In this document: positions 9,026 through 17,770 of the stretch, one piece after another | Numbering within the stretch: the first letter of the stretch is position 1 | Layout of the letters: each line of letters begins with the position of its first letter | DNA from: Candidatus Magasanikiibacteriota bacterium | Lineage (GTDB): Bacteria; Patescibacteriota; Patescibacteriia; Magasanikbacterales; GWA2-37-8 | Assembly: GCA_963802255.1 (NCBI GenBank) | Contig: CAWDHY010000002.1 | Coordinates: 83,984-147,983, forward strand | Direction: 5' to 3' | DNA: 64,000 bases | Notes under the pieces: model-generated | The model's database searches: none | Told to the model about the DNA's origin: nothing | Seen by the model: only the letters and a program-made list of their open reading frames with translations | Made by a program: the position numbers and the translations under genes

Positions 9026-10279
9026 ATGTCGTCGCGTACAGAATCGCTGTCCCGCGGTGACATTTCACTGCGGAAATTAAGGTCAATTAAGAACCATTTC
9101 GCGCTGGCGTCAACAAAATGGATAACACTGGGAAACAGAATATTTTCCATCAGTGACAACAGCGAGAAGGATGAAAATCTGTCCACTCCGAAAAATCGCT
9201 TCGCCAACGACATTGGCTCAATCCTCAAGTCTGAGCAACGCGCCAACCCCGACAGAATAATAACCACATTCGTGTCGGAAATGGGACTTTATCGAAGGGA
9301 CCTCATAGCCCTTACGGAGCGACTCATGCCACAGGCTCTGAGAGAGAAGCTGTGGCCTCTCAGCGAGGATGAAGTTCCAAACGACCCGATAGAACTGCTT
9401 ACGCGAGTCCTTTCAGTTCAATCAGAAGACTCCGTAATTGACCGCGGAACATTTGAAGCGATGCGCGCTCTTGAATTCACCGGGGATTATTTCTTCCTGA
9501 CCACGCAAGTAAACGGGTGGAGGCATGCCGCACCGAAAGCAGACGGCAAAACGCGCGTCACGGATTTTGTGAAATGGCTGAGTGCTGAAGGTGTTATTGA
9601 AGAAAAGAAGCTTGCCATTTATCTTGACCCAAAAGATGAATGGCGATGCGCCGGCGTTGAATTTGACGAACAAGATAAACGACGCCGGAAAAATCACCTT
9701 AAACGCCTTCTGCGCACTGTTGAGGTTCTGAAAATGAAAGCGCTGTTCGGCGACCATGTTCAGGCAATTGTTCAGGCGAGAGCAAAAGACTACATGTCTG
9801 CTTTTGCCAGGCGATTCAGGGACCCACAAGCGCATTTGTTTGAAAGCGTGCCGGACATGTACGGTCTGCGTTTCACCTATCTTGATAAAAAAATGATGAA
9901 AAGAGGTGTGGCGTATCTTGCCGCCCGTGCCGCCATCATCCAAAGTGATGGGTCGGTGAAGAATGTTCAAATTGCGAACCGGCATTCGCACAGAAAACTC
10001 TGCATTCAAAGCCAGTATCTCTATTTGGACGGACGCCGGCGCGAAGTTCAGCACATGCCGGCAAAAAATCTGTACAATATTGAATACTCGCTGGGTCCGG
10101 AAAACCACAGCCTTTACCATTTGCGCTGGTACACAGACTGCCAGTACCCGGGCTTATTCTTTCACCTTTTTCCGCCGGAAATCTACGGCATCAATTGGTC
10201 AGATCCGGTTATCCGACAAGAGATGGAAGCTCACGTCAAGGAGGAAACTCTCCGGAAAATCGAACGAGACCAAACATGA
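9026..10279 (+). CDS. Hypothetical protein with a divergent C-terminal RelA/SpoT-synthetase-like (RSD-like nucleotidyltransferase) region. Locally GC-elevated
   Basis: AAGGAG RBS 6 nt before ATG 9026. Residues about 245-400 contain, in the right order and spacing, RAKDYMSAFAR (compare RxKxxxSxxxK), DMYGLRF (compare DxxGxR) and REVQHM...EYS...HLRWY (compare EVQIRT...EYG..HWRY). Gene GC is about 50% against about 40% for neighbours. The motif assignment is inference. Confidence 0.45.
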   Translation: MSSRTESLSRGDISLRKLRSIKNHFALASTKWITLGNRIFSISDNSEKDENLSTPKNRFANDIGSILKSEQRANPDRIITTFVSEMGLYRRDLIALTERLMPQALREKLWPLSEDEVPNDPIELLTRVLSVQSEDSVIDRGTFEAMRALEFTGDYFFLTTQVNGWRHAAPKADGKTRVTDFVKWLSAEGVIEEKKLAIYLDPKDEWRCAGVEFDEQDKRRRKNHLKRLLRTVEVLKMKALFGDHVQAIVQARAKDYMSAFARRFRDPQAHLFESVPDMYGLRFTYLDKKMMKRGVAYLAARAAIIQSDGSVKNVQIANRHSHRKLCIQSQYLYLDGRRREVQHMPAKNLYNIEYSLGPENHSLYHLRWYTDCQYPGLFFHLFPPEIYGINWSDPVIRQEMEAHVKEETLRKIERDQT

Positions 10280-10292
10280 CCGCTCTCTCCTT

Positions 10293-10341
10293 GCGCCCCG
10301 TTGCTAGAGGTTATATACTGATAGCAGCGGGGCGCTTTTTC
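10293..10341 (+). terminator. GC-rich rho-independent terminator after the RSD-like gene
   Basis: GCGCCCCGTTGCT...AGCAGCGGGGCGC long stem followed by TTTTT. Confidence 0.7.
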
Positions 10342-10348
10342 TTTAAAT

Positions 10349-11800
10349 ATGCAACAAAAACAAATTTTACAACATTTGCTTAGAACACTGAAAAAAAACT
10401 GTCCGTCCGAAGATTTAACGGATGTAAAAAGAGCATACGAATTTGTTCGGACGGCCTACGGAGATATGCGACGGGCTTCCGGAAATAAGCAAATTGAACA
10501 TTCTGTAAATGTGGCAACCCTTCTTGCAGAATGGAAACTCTCACCGGATATTATTATCGCCGGATTACTTCATGATATTTTGGAATATTCCAATTATTCA
10601 GAAGATGACATCCGCCAAAAATTCGGACAAAAAATTGCCCGGCTGATTGTCGGTGAAAACCGATTGGATAGCTTAAAATATTGGGGTAAAGAGAGATACG
10701 CGGAAAATTTACGGAGGATGTTCATGGCCATGGCGGAAGACGTCCAAATTATTTTTATTAAATTTGCCGACCGCATTGATAATTTAAAGACGCTCAGCTA
10801 TTTACCGCCGAGAAAACAAGAACGTTTGGCGATGGAAAGCATGCAAATTTATGCCGCCATCGCGAACCGTTTGGGCATGAACAAAATAAAACGGGAACTT
10901 GAAGATTTGTCCTTTTCTTATTTGAAGCCGAAAGAATATGAGGAAATTTTTGAGGTGGTCTCTAATTATTATCATGATGACGGAAAAAGCATGAAAATAA
11001 TTGAAAGTGTCCTGCATGAAGGAGCTAAAACTGCAGGCATTAAAATACTGAATATTGATAACCGGATAAAAAGTTTATACAGTTTGTATGAAAAATTTAA
11101 ATTCCGCAACCGCGACGTAAAAAATGTATATGATATTGCGGCATGCAGGATAATCGTACCGACAATCAGCGATTGTTACGCCATGCTTGGACTGATTCAT
11201 CGCTATTGGAAACCGTTGCCGGGACGCTTTAAAGATTATATTTCCCAGCCAAAACCTAACGGCTACCGGTCTTTGCACACAAATGTATTTTGTGAACGAA
11301 AAGTAGTGGAGTTCCAGGTGCGTACGCCGGAGATGCATGAGGAAGCCGAGTTCGGTATCGCCGCCCATTGGATTTATAAAGAAAAAGAAAAAAATATTAC
11401 GGAAAATATCAGACGGCATACCGTCTGGCTGAAAGAACTGTCGGAAATCCAAATGGAACTGAAAAATAATTTTTCTGTTCCGCAAACAATCCGCTCGGTA
11501 AAAATCGATTTATTTCATAATAGAATTTTCGCCGTGACGCCAAAAGGAGATGTCGTCGACTTGCCCGAGGACGCTACGCCGATTGATTTTGCCTATTCCA
11601 TCCACGCCCAGCTTGGCAATTATTTTCAAAAAGCAAAAGTTAACGGTAAAATTGTACCGATCACGCACAAAATTAAATCAAATGATGTGGTTGAGATTTT
11701 TAAAAATGACAAACCGACGGCAAAAAAATCATGGCTTAAAATTGCGGTGACGAGAAGGGCAAGAAATGAAATCAGGGATTTTTTAAAAATGAAACATTGA
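10349..11800 (+). CDS. rel: Bifunctional (p)ppGpp synthetase/hydrolase, short Rel/SpoT form (HD + synthetase + TGS domains, no ACT domain)
   Basis: HD motif LLHDILEYS. Synthetase motifs [24 protein letters not shown] and [25 protein letters not shown]-terminal TGS-like [27 protein letters not shown]. Ends with a TGA stop. Confidence 0.85.
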   Translation: MQQKQILQHLLRTLKKNCPSEDLTDVKRAYEFVRTAYGDMRRASGNKQIEHSVNVATLLAEWKLSPDIIIAGLLHDILEYSNYSEDDIRQKFGQKIARLIVGENRLDSLKYWGKERYAENLRRMFMAMAEDVQIIFIKFADRIDNLKTLSYLPPRKQERLAMESMQIYAAIANRLGMNKIKRELEDLSFSYLKPKEYEEIFEVVSNYYHDDGKSMKIIESVLHEGAKTAGIKILNIDNRIKSLYSLYEKFKFRNRDVKNVYDIAACRIIVPTISDCYAMLGLIHRYWKPLPGRFKDYISQPKPNGYRSLHTNVFCERKVVEFQVRTPEMHEEAEFGIAAHWIYKEKEKNITENIRRHTVWLKELSEIQMELKNNFSVPQTIRSVKIDLFHNRIFAVTPKGDVVDLPEDATPIDFAYSIHAQLGNYFQKAKVNGKIVPITHKIKSNDVVEIFKNDKPTAKKSWLKIAVTRRARNEIRDFLKMKH

Positions 11801-11810
11801 AGATATATTT

Positions 11811-12863
11811 ATGATAAAAAAGTATCAGGAAATTAAAGATAAATTTGAAGAGCTTGAAGCCGGATTGCAAAATAAGGCGGTGCTTGAGGACCCTGAAAAA
11901 CTCAAAAAAATATCACAGGAATATTCCGACGTCAAACCGGTAGCAGAAAAAATTCTCGCGCTGTATGGTTTGGAAAACAGTCTGGCTGAGGCGGAACTGA
12001 TAATTGCTAAAGAAGACGATGAAGAATTTAAGGGCTTGGCCTATGCTGAAACTGAAGATTTAAAAATTCGGATTGAGGCATTAAATGCGGAACTTGACGA
12101 ATTAACGCGGAAACGAGACCCGATGGATAAGAAGAGCGTTATCGTCGAAATCAGAGCGGCTGCCGGAGGAGACGAATCAGCACTTTTCGCAGCGGAACTT
12201 TACAGAATGTACACTAAATACGCAGAAAATCATAAATGGAAAACTTCATTGGTCGACGCGAGCATGATCGGTATTGGCGGTTTCAAAGAAGTAATATTTA
12301 CGATAAAAGGAGAAAATGTTTATCGCGATTTAAAATATGAAATGGGTGTCCATCGTGTCCAGCGTGTGCCGGAAACTGAAAAATCAGGGCGCATTCATAC
12401 TTCAACGGTAACGGTTGCCGTTTTGCCGGAAATTGAAGAAACTGAAATGAAAATTGACCCGAAAGATTTGCGTATCGATACTTTCTGTGCCGGAGGTCAC
12501 GGCGGGCAAAGCGTTAATACAACCTATTCGGCGGTTCGCATTGTTCATGTACCTACAAATACAATGGTTCAATGCCAAGATGAGAGGTCGCAGGCCGCAA
12601 ACAAGGAAAAGGCAATGCGCGTGTTGCGCTCGAGAATTTTCGAGGTGGAGCGTGAAAAACGTGAAAAAGAATTATCCAGCCAAAGAAAATCCCAAATTGG
12701 CTCCGGCGACAGAAGCGAAAAAATACGTACTTACAATTATCCTCAAGACCGTATTACCGATCACCGCATTAATCAAAACTGGAATAACATCAAGATAGTT
12801 CTGGAAGGCAATATAGAACCGTTAATAGAAGCTCTTCGGGATGCGGATTATAAGAATCAGTAA
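11811..12863 (+). CDS. prfA: Peptide chain release factor 1
   Basis: [19 protein letters not shown] with the GGQ motif. [17 protein letters not shown] carries the PxT (RF1-type) tripeptide. The N-terminus is typical of RF1. Confidence 0.9.
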   Translation: MIKKYQEIKDKFEELEAGLQNKAVLEDPEKLKKISQEYSDVKPVAEKILALYGLENSLAEAELIIAKEDDEEFKGLAYAETEDLKIRIEALNAELDELTRKRDPMDKKSVIVEIRAAAGGDESALFAAELYRMYTKYAENHKWKTSLVDASMIGIGGFKEVIFTIKGENVYRDLKYEMGVHRVQRVPETEKSGRIHTSTVTVAVLPEIEETEMKIDPKDLRIDTFCAGGHGGQSVNTTYSAVRIVHVPTNTMVQCQDERSQAANKEKAMRVLRSRIFEVEREKREKELSSQRKSQIGSGDRSEKIRTYNYPQDRITDHRINQNWNNIKIVLEGNIEPLIEALRDADYKNQ

Positions 12864-12873
12864 AACCGGATAT

Positions 12874-14340
12874 ATGTGGAAAAAAATGAAACCACATTTT
12901 CCGCTACTTCTTATTCTTGCTCTGGCGACAGTATTAAGGCTTATCGCAGTATTTAAATACGGCGATTTTTGGGACGATGAAATGTTTAATTTCATTTATA
13001 GCCAAAAATCATGGCCTCAAGGATTTATTTATTGGCTTTGGGAAACCAATCCCCCGCTACATTTGCTGATATTAAAAATTTGGTTCTATTTTTTTCCGGC
13101 TATTGAATTTTTCGCCCGTCTGCCAAGCGTTTTAGCCGGCGTTGCCTCCGTATATGCTATCTACCGGTTCGGTTGCGAAATATTTAATAAAAAAACCGCT
13201 TATATTGCCGCATTTTATCTTGCAGTACATTCTTATAATATCTTTTGGTCCGCAACTTCCCGCGTTTATGCCATTTTTATGCTTTTGGTGTTATGTTCAT
13301 CCTGGTTTTTTTACCGAATATTTTTCACTGATACCGGCAAGCACGGACGGAAAAAACTTGCCATAATAAACTTATTATTAATTTTTGCGCATTTAAGCTC
13401 ACTATTTTTTTTAGCCGGCCAATTTATCGCTTTGCTCGCCATTAAAGGGAAAGCCAGTGTTATTGAGTGGATAAAGATAAATATATTTCCATTTATCGCC
13501 GGGTTTATCTGGATTTCAGCATCATTCATTATTAAATCAGGAAATAATTTAGGGCAAGCCTGGTTTTTAAATATGTCACACTCAATAAGAAGTTCAGTCA
13601 ACCCGCTGATAAACATGTTCTTCGGACTATATCCGCTTATTGCCGGAGCGATACTCGTTGGGGCGGCTATTCTGGCTTTGCTGTTAATGATGATTAAAAA
13701 AATATCAGCTAAAGATACTCTATACTTATTGCTGATAATTATAGCAACCACACCAATCATTTTTTCTTTTGCCTGTAATGTCTGGCATATTAAATTCTTT
13801 ATCAGTGCGCTACCTCTTTTTGTTCTCGCCCTTGCCGAAGCAATTTCAGTAAAAATAAAATTTATTCCCGCATTAATTTTAATTTTATTAATTTGTTTTA
13901 CCGGTTTATACAGGTTATTTTTTATCCTTCCCCTGACCGACTGGAATAACGTGCGAGAATATTTTGTCAGCCATGACAATGGTATAAATACGGTTCTCAT
14001 CTACAACAATTATATTCATAAATCACAAATTGACCGCTATTTACCCGGAAATATTTCAAACCGTTCAATACCTTTACTGCTCTATGAAAATATAAGCTGG
14101 GATAATATGGTGGTAAAAAAGAATTATTTATTTTCATCATTAGACGAAGAAAAAAAAGATGACTGGTATGAACATAATAAATTAAACGATTACGCGCGGA
14201 TAATTCTTTTGCAAGGAGAGTACAGTTATATGAATAAACTTAACCGTATTCTGGAAAAAAACGGCTGGGAAATAGTTGACGGTCCAAAACGGGCGCGCGT
14301 TAGCGGCAGTTACAATTTGTATTATTATGAAAAAAATTGA
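12874..14340 (+). CDS. GT39/GT83-like (PMT/ArnT-type) polytopic membrane glycosyltransferase
   Basis: Multiple transmembrane helices. The N-terminal region LRLIAVFKYGDFWDDEMFNFIYSQKSW...ARLPSVLAGVASVYAIYRFGCEIF resembles dolichyl-phosphate-mannose / 4-amino-arabinose transferase families. Confidence 0.6.
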   Translation: MWKKMKPHFPLLLILALATVLRLIAVFKYGDFWDDEMFNFIYSQKSWPQGFIYWLWETNPPLHLLILKIWFYFFPAIEFFARLPSVLAGVASVYAIYRFGCEIFNKKTAYIAAFYLAVHSYNIFWSATSRVYAIFMLLVLCSSWFFYRIFFTDTGKHGRKKLAIINLLLIFAHLSSLFFLAGQFIALLAIKGKASVIEWIKINIFPFIAGFIWISASFIIKSGNNLGQAWFLNMSHSIRSSVNPLINMFFGLYPLIAGAILVGAAILALLLMMIKKISAKDTLYLLLIIIATTPIIFSFACNVWHIKFFISALPLFVLALAEAISVKIKFIPALILILLICFTGLYRLFFILPLTDWNNVREYFVSHDNGINTVLIYNNYIHKSQIDRYLPGNISNRSIPLLLYENISWDNMVVKKNYLFSSLDEEKKDDWYEHNKLNDYARIILLQGEYSYMNKLNRILEKNGWEIVDGPKRARVSGSYNLYYYEKN

Positions 14341-15217
14341 GGATTTAAAAAAAATATTTGCGCATAATAAGCTTGCCGAAGCTGATATCCTTATTGCGGA
14401 TGCGCTCGGCCGGGATCGCGCTTATGTTCTTGCGCATCCGGAAAAAATGCTGACTATCTGCCAATACTTAAAAGTTATTCGCGCTTTCCGCCTTTTTAAA
14501 AAAGAATGGCCAATCGCATATATAATCAAAACTAAGGATTTTTTTAATTTAGATTTTACCGTCAATAAGCATGTTCTGATACCGCGTCCTGAAACTGAAT
14601 TGCTGGTTGAGGAGGTTTTAAAACAAATTAAAAATCTCCGGACAACAAAAAATAGCGCCACACTGATAGATGTCGGCACCGGCTCCGGATGCATTCCCAT
14701 AAGCATTGCTAAAAATACAGAACAGCCATTAAACATTTTTGGTACTGATGTTTTTCGCTCCGCATTATGCGTAGCGAAAAAAAATGCCAAACGCCATAAT
14801 GTGCAAATTAAGTTAATGCGCGGTAAATTGTTTAAACCTTTCTTAAAAAAATATTCTGCGTTTATCGGCCCCGGCTTCGATGTCTTAATCACAGCCAATC
14901 TTCCCTACCTAACCGACAAATGGGTGGCGCATGAACTTTCAATACGGCGGGAACCGCGCTCTGCACTGGTTGCCGACAACTATTCCGGACTTTCTCTCTA
15001 TGAAAAATTATTAATGCAAATTATTCCGCTTTTTAACGCTAAACCTGATAGTATTTCAATTTTTTTAGAAATTGATCCCCGGCAGTCAATCAGCGCACTT
15101 GAAATGTGTAAAAAATATTTTTCGACTGATAATGAAAGTGCAAAACAAGTAAAAATTGAAATAAAAAAAGACCTCGCAGGCCGTGACAGATTGGTTATAA
15201 TAAAAACCCATTATTAA
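14327..15217 (+). CDS. prmC: Release factor glutamine N5-methyltransferase (PrmC/HemK)
   Basis: LIPRPETELLVEEV, IDVGTGSGCIPISIA SAM-binding motif and NLPY (a variant of NPPY). Genomic association with prfA. Confidence 0.75.
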   Translation: MKKIEDLKKIFAHNKLAEADILIADALGRDRAYVLAHPEKMLTICQYLKVIRAFRLFKKEWPIAYIIKTKDFFNLDFTVNKHVLIPRPETELLVEEVLKQIKNLRTTKNSATLIDVGTGSGCIPISIAKNTEQPLNIFGTDVFRSALCVAKKNAKRHNVQIKLMRGKLFKPFLKKYSAFIGPGFDVLITANLPYLTDKWVAHELSIRREPRSALVADNYSGLSLYEKLLMQIIPLFNAKPDSISIFLEIDPRQSISALEMCKKYFSTDNESAKQVKIEIKKDLAGRDRLVIIKTHY

Positions 15218-16257
15218 TTTGATACGGTAAAGACGGATTTTTCCGGCACAATCATTATCCACGTTTTCCCCGGTTTAAGATTAATTTCCGCCCCATCTCT
15301 GTCAAAGTATCTGGTCCTGTCTGTCAGAGTATCTTTTTTCCATACTGACCTGATCATAAGGCCATCACGGAACAACCTTGATTCTCCTTCTCCAATTGTC
15401 GCAATTTTTCTTCTTCCGACCGCATCAATTACCGTTACTGTTGCAAATTGGACTATAATATTTGAAGCTATTATGGAAGCATTGTTGCTGTCCAAAAATA
15501 ATTCTCCGTTTAACTTTCGTTCATACGTACCGGACGCCTGATTATATTGCCAGCCAACGACAAATCTTTTTATATATTCAACATCAAAAGAGGAAATATT
15601 TTCTGTTCCTGTCGCAGGTATGATATCGCTAAAATTCCATATGGGCCATTCCGGATACGCACGCTCAGTGCCGTAATCAATAAAATACTCATTCCATTTT
15701 TCACTGCTGGTAAAAAGATTGTATGGAGCATACCGTGTTATATCGCGCCAGAAATACGGGCCCCGAAAAAATTCATTAGCATCAAAAATTTGCCTTTGCT
15801 TAATTTCAGACAATCCCTCCTGCGATCCGCCACAATGCATATAGAGAGCGTCTCCATATTCTTGCACCCAATCCAAATAATACGGGCGGGCGCTCCGGAC
15901 CGGCCCCACTTTTTCGGCTTCCGTATACTCAGGATAAATTGCCATGAACCGGCTAATTCCGCCCTCAACCGGCGCCTCATAGACAACCGGCGCTTCGTTA
16001 AGACCTGATAAGGGATAGGCGTCAGGATTATTATCTATCATTACTCCGACTATTTTGGGTGAGACATATTCTTCTTTTTCTACAGGCAGCCCTGTCAGGC
16101 GGCTTTTATAGGGATTTTCTTTTGCTGTCTCCGACGGCACGACATTCGCCTCATTATTATCGTGATTGATAAAAAAAATAACATAAAATATTACGCAAAT
16201 AACTGCCACAAAAAGGGTGATGGCGGAAATCATTAAAATTAAATCACGATTTTTCAT
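15214..16257 (-). CDS. DUF3048-family (YerB-like) secreted or membrane-anchored protein
   Basis: N-terminal transmembrane helix. VGVMIDNNPDAYPLSGLNEAPVVYEAPVEGGISRFMAIY matches the DUF3048 N-domain signature. Confidence 0.6.
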   Translation of the reverse strand: MKNRDLILMISAITLFVAVICVIFYVIFFINHDNNEANVVPSETAKENPYKSRLTGLPVEKEEYVSPKIVGVMIDNNPDAYPLSGLNEAPVVYEAPVEGGISRFMAIYPEYTEAEKVGPVRSARPYYLDWVQEYGDALYMHCGGSQEGLSEIKQRQIFDANEFFRGPYFWRDITRYAPYNLFTSSEKWNEYFIDYGTERAYPEWPIWNFSDIIPATGTENISSFDVEYIKRFVVGWQYNQASGTYERKLNGELFLDSNNASIIASNIIVQFATVTVIDAVGRRKIATIGEGESRLFRDGLMIRSVWKKDTLTDRTRYFDRDGAEINLKPGKTWIMIVPEKSVFTVSN

Positions 16258-16275
16258 ACGCCTATAATAATATCA

Positions 16276-16310
16276 TAAAAAACAAAAACACGGAAAGGCA
16301 GCTTTCCGTG
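16276..16310 (-). terminator. Rho-independent terminator of rplY
   Basis: CACGGAAAG-GCAG-CTTTCCGTG perfect hairpin with a T-run on the minus transcript. Confidence 0.75.
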
Positions 16311-16326
16311 TTTATATTCCAATATA

Positions 16327-17022
16327 TTATTTTTCGTCCTTTTTTTCTTCCGTCTGTCCTTTCGCCTCTTCTGTGGCGTCTCCGTCTTCTTCCGCTTTCT
16401 TTGCGGCCGATGATTCAATCTTGGTAACATCTACCGTAGCGCTTGATTCAGCTTCCATCGCATTAATCTGTTCTTCAGTCAACGCCGGTTGTGCTTTTAC
16501 CACTACGGCGTCAGCTGACGGGTCGATAATATTTAAACCAGCCGGCAAATTTAAATCTGATACTTTTATGGAATGGTCAAAAGTAGCCAAAACAGAGAGA
16601 TCTACATCAATATGGTTAACCAAATCTTTCGGCAAACATTCAACTTCAACTTCCTCAAAATTCTTTACCAGTGTACCGCCCAATTCTTTGATAGCCGGCG
16701 CTTCACCGACAAAGACTAATTCCACATTTGCGGTAATCGGTTTGCTCATATCTATTCTTCGTAAATCGACATGAATCGGCCGGCCCTTAACCGGATCAAA
16801 CTGGACACTGTGAACCAAAACCTTACCGGCGTCTTTATTTTCCACCACCAAATCGATCAAACTGGATTCACCGGCTTCATTATATAATTTTACAAAATCA
16901 GAATAAACAAGAGATAGCGATTCGGCTTCTCCGCCGGCTCCATAGATAACCGCAGGCAAAAGACCCTCGTTTCTGACTTTTTCACCTTTTATTTCACGTT
17001 TTGTAGCAGACAATTTATACAT
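16327..17022 (-). CDS. rplY: 50S ribosomal protein L25/general stress protein Ctc, with an acidic C-terminal tail
   Basis: MYKLSATKREIKGEKVRNEGLLPAVIYGAG...VHSVQFDPVKGRPIHVDLRRI is the canonical L25 sequence. Confidence 0.9.
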   Translation of the reverse strand: MYKLSATKREIKGEKVRNEGLLPAVIYGAGGEAESLSLVYSDFVKLYNEAGESSLIDLVVENKDAGKVLVHSVQFDPVKGRPIHVDLRRIDMSKPITANVELVFVGEAPAIKELGGTLVKNFEEVEVECLPKDLVNHIDVDLSVLATFDHSIKVSDLNLPAGLNIIDPSADAVVVKAQPALTEEQINAMEAESSATVDVTKIESSAAKKAEEDGDATEEAKGQTEEKKDEK

Positions 17023-17023
17023 A

Positions 17024-17359
17024 TCACACTTTCTTTATAATTAAATCATTATTTATATATTTTCTTCCTTCAATTAATTCATCAATGTCAAGCGGCTGTA
17101 AAACGTGAAGCCGTTTTGCGTCCTCAAAGTTTAAGTCGCTTACCATGCCAATAGTACTTATTCCTCCCTGCATCACCAAAACCATCGCTATAAAATTTCC
17201 ACGGCATGATTCACAAGAAATGTGCACCAAATTCGCTTTTTCATTTTGCGCAAACAACCTTGCCTTTTCAGGTACATATGCCACGCCGCAAACCGGGCAT
17301 TTATTTATAAATTTTAAGGCTTCCTGCCATGAAAGCCGACCATTTTTTGCCGGGAACAT
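17024..17359 (-). CDS. Hypothetical small zinc-ribbon protein
   Basis: 111 aa with CPVCG...CESCRG paired CxxC motifs. Confidence 0.45.
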   Translation of the reverse strand: MFPAKNGRLSWQEALKFINKCPVCGVAYVPEKARLFAQNEKANLVHISCESCRGNFIAMVLVMQGGISTIGMVSDLNFEDAKRLHVLQPLDIDELIEGRKYINNDLIIKKV

Positions 17360-17437
17360 AAGTGCCGATATACTATATAATTATTGGATTTTTGTCAATC
17401 CCATTTGCATAGAGCCTGTCAAGAAACGGCAAATTGG

Positions 17438-17755
17438 CTATTTATTCGCTTCACCCGCATTTTTTTTGCCCACCTTAACCAAATAATAGCCAATGACAAC
17501 AACAAGGACAGTTATTAATGCCGCATACACAAACTTGGCCAAAATACCTCCCGTTTCCATCGGAAAAAATATGTCAATAAGACCCTTAATTGCTTCATTC
17601 CAGGCTAAACCCGCAACTAAACCAAAAGCAGCCATAATATAGCCAAGTGTTTTTTCTCTGGCTTCACGGCGGATAGATAAACCGTCTTTTTTTAATTCTT
17701 CAATTTTATTATTTTCATTGTCCATATGCTCGGGTGGCGCAGCGAGCATTCTCAC
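17438..17755 (-). CDS. Hypothetical small membrane protein
   Basis: 105 aa with two predicted transmembrane helices (MAAFGLVAGLAWNEAIKGLIDIFF, FVYAALITVLVVVIGYYLV). Confidence 0.45.
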   Translation of the reverse strand: MRMLAAPPEHMDNENNKIEELKKDGLSIRREAREKTLGYIMAAFGLVAGLAWNEAIKGLIDIFFPMETGGILAKFVYAALITVLVVVIGYYLVKVGKKNAGEANK

Positions 17756-17770
17756 TGCGCCAATAATTTT

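Noticed and set aside
8701-9267. Antisense or overlapping ORFs from the six-frame track (for example 8701..9267, 9422..10120, 13311..14000, 15547..16008, 25767..26552, 38240..38620, 50157..50762 and the many 60-100 aa ORFs inside leuS, groEL and the giant genes)
   Set aside because: They lie opposite or inside well-supported genes, lack RBS and recognisable motifs, and in the high-GC genes are the expected stop-poor antisense frames.
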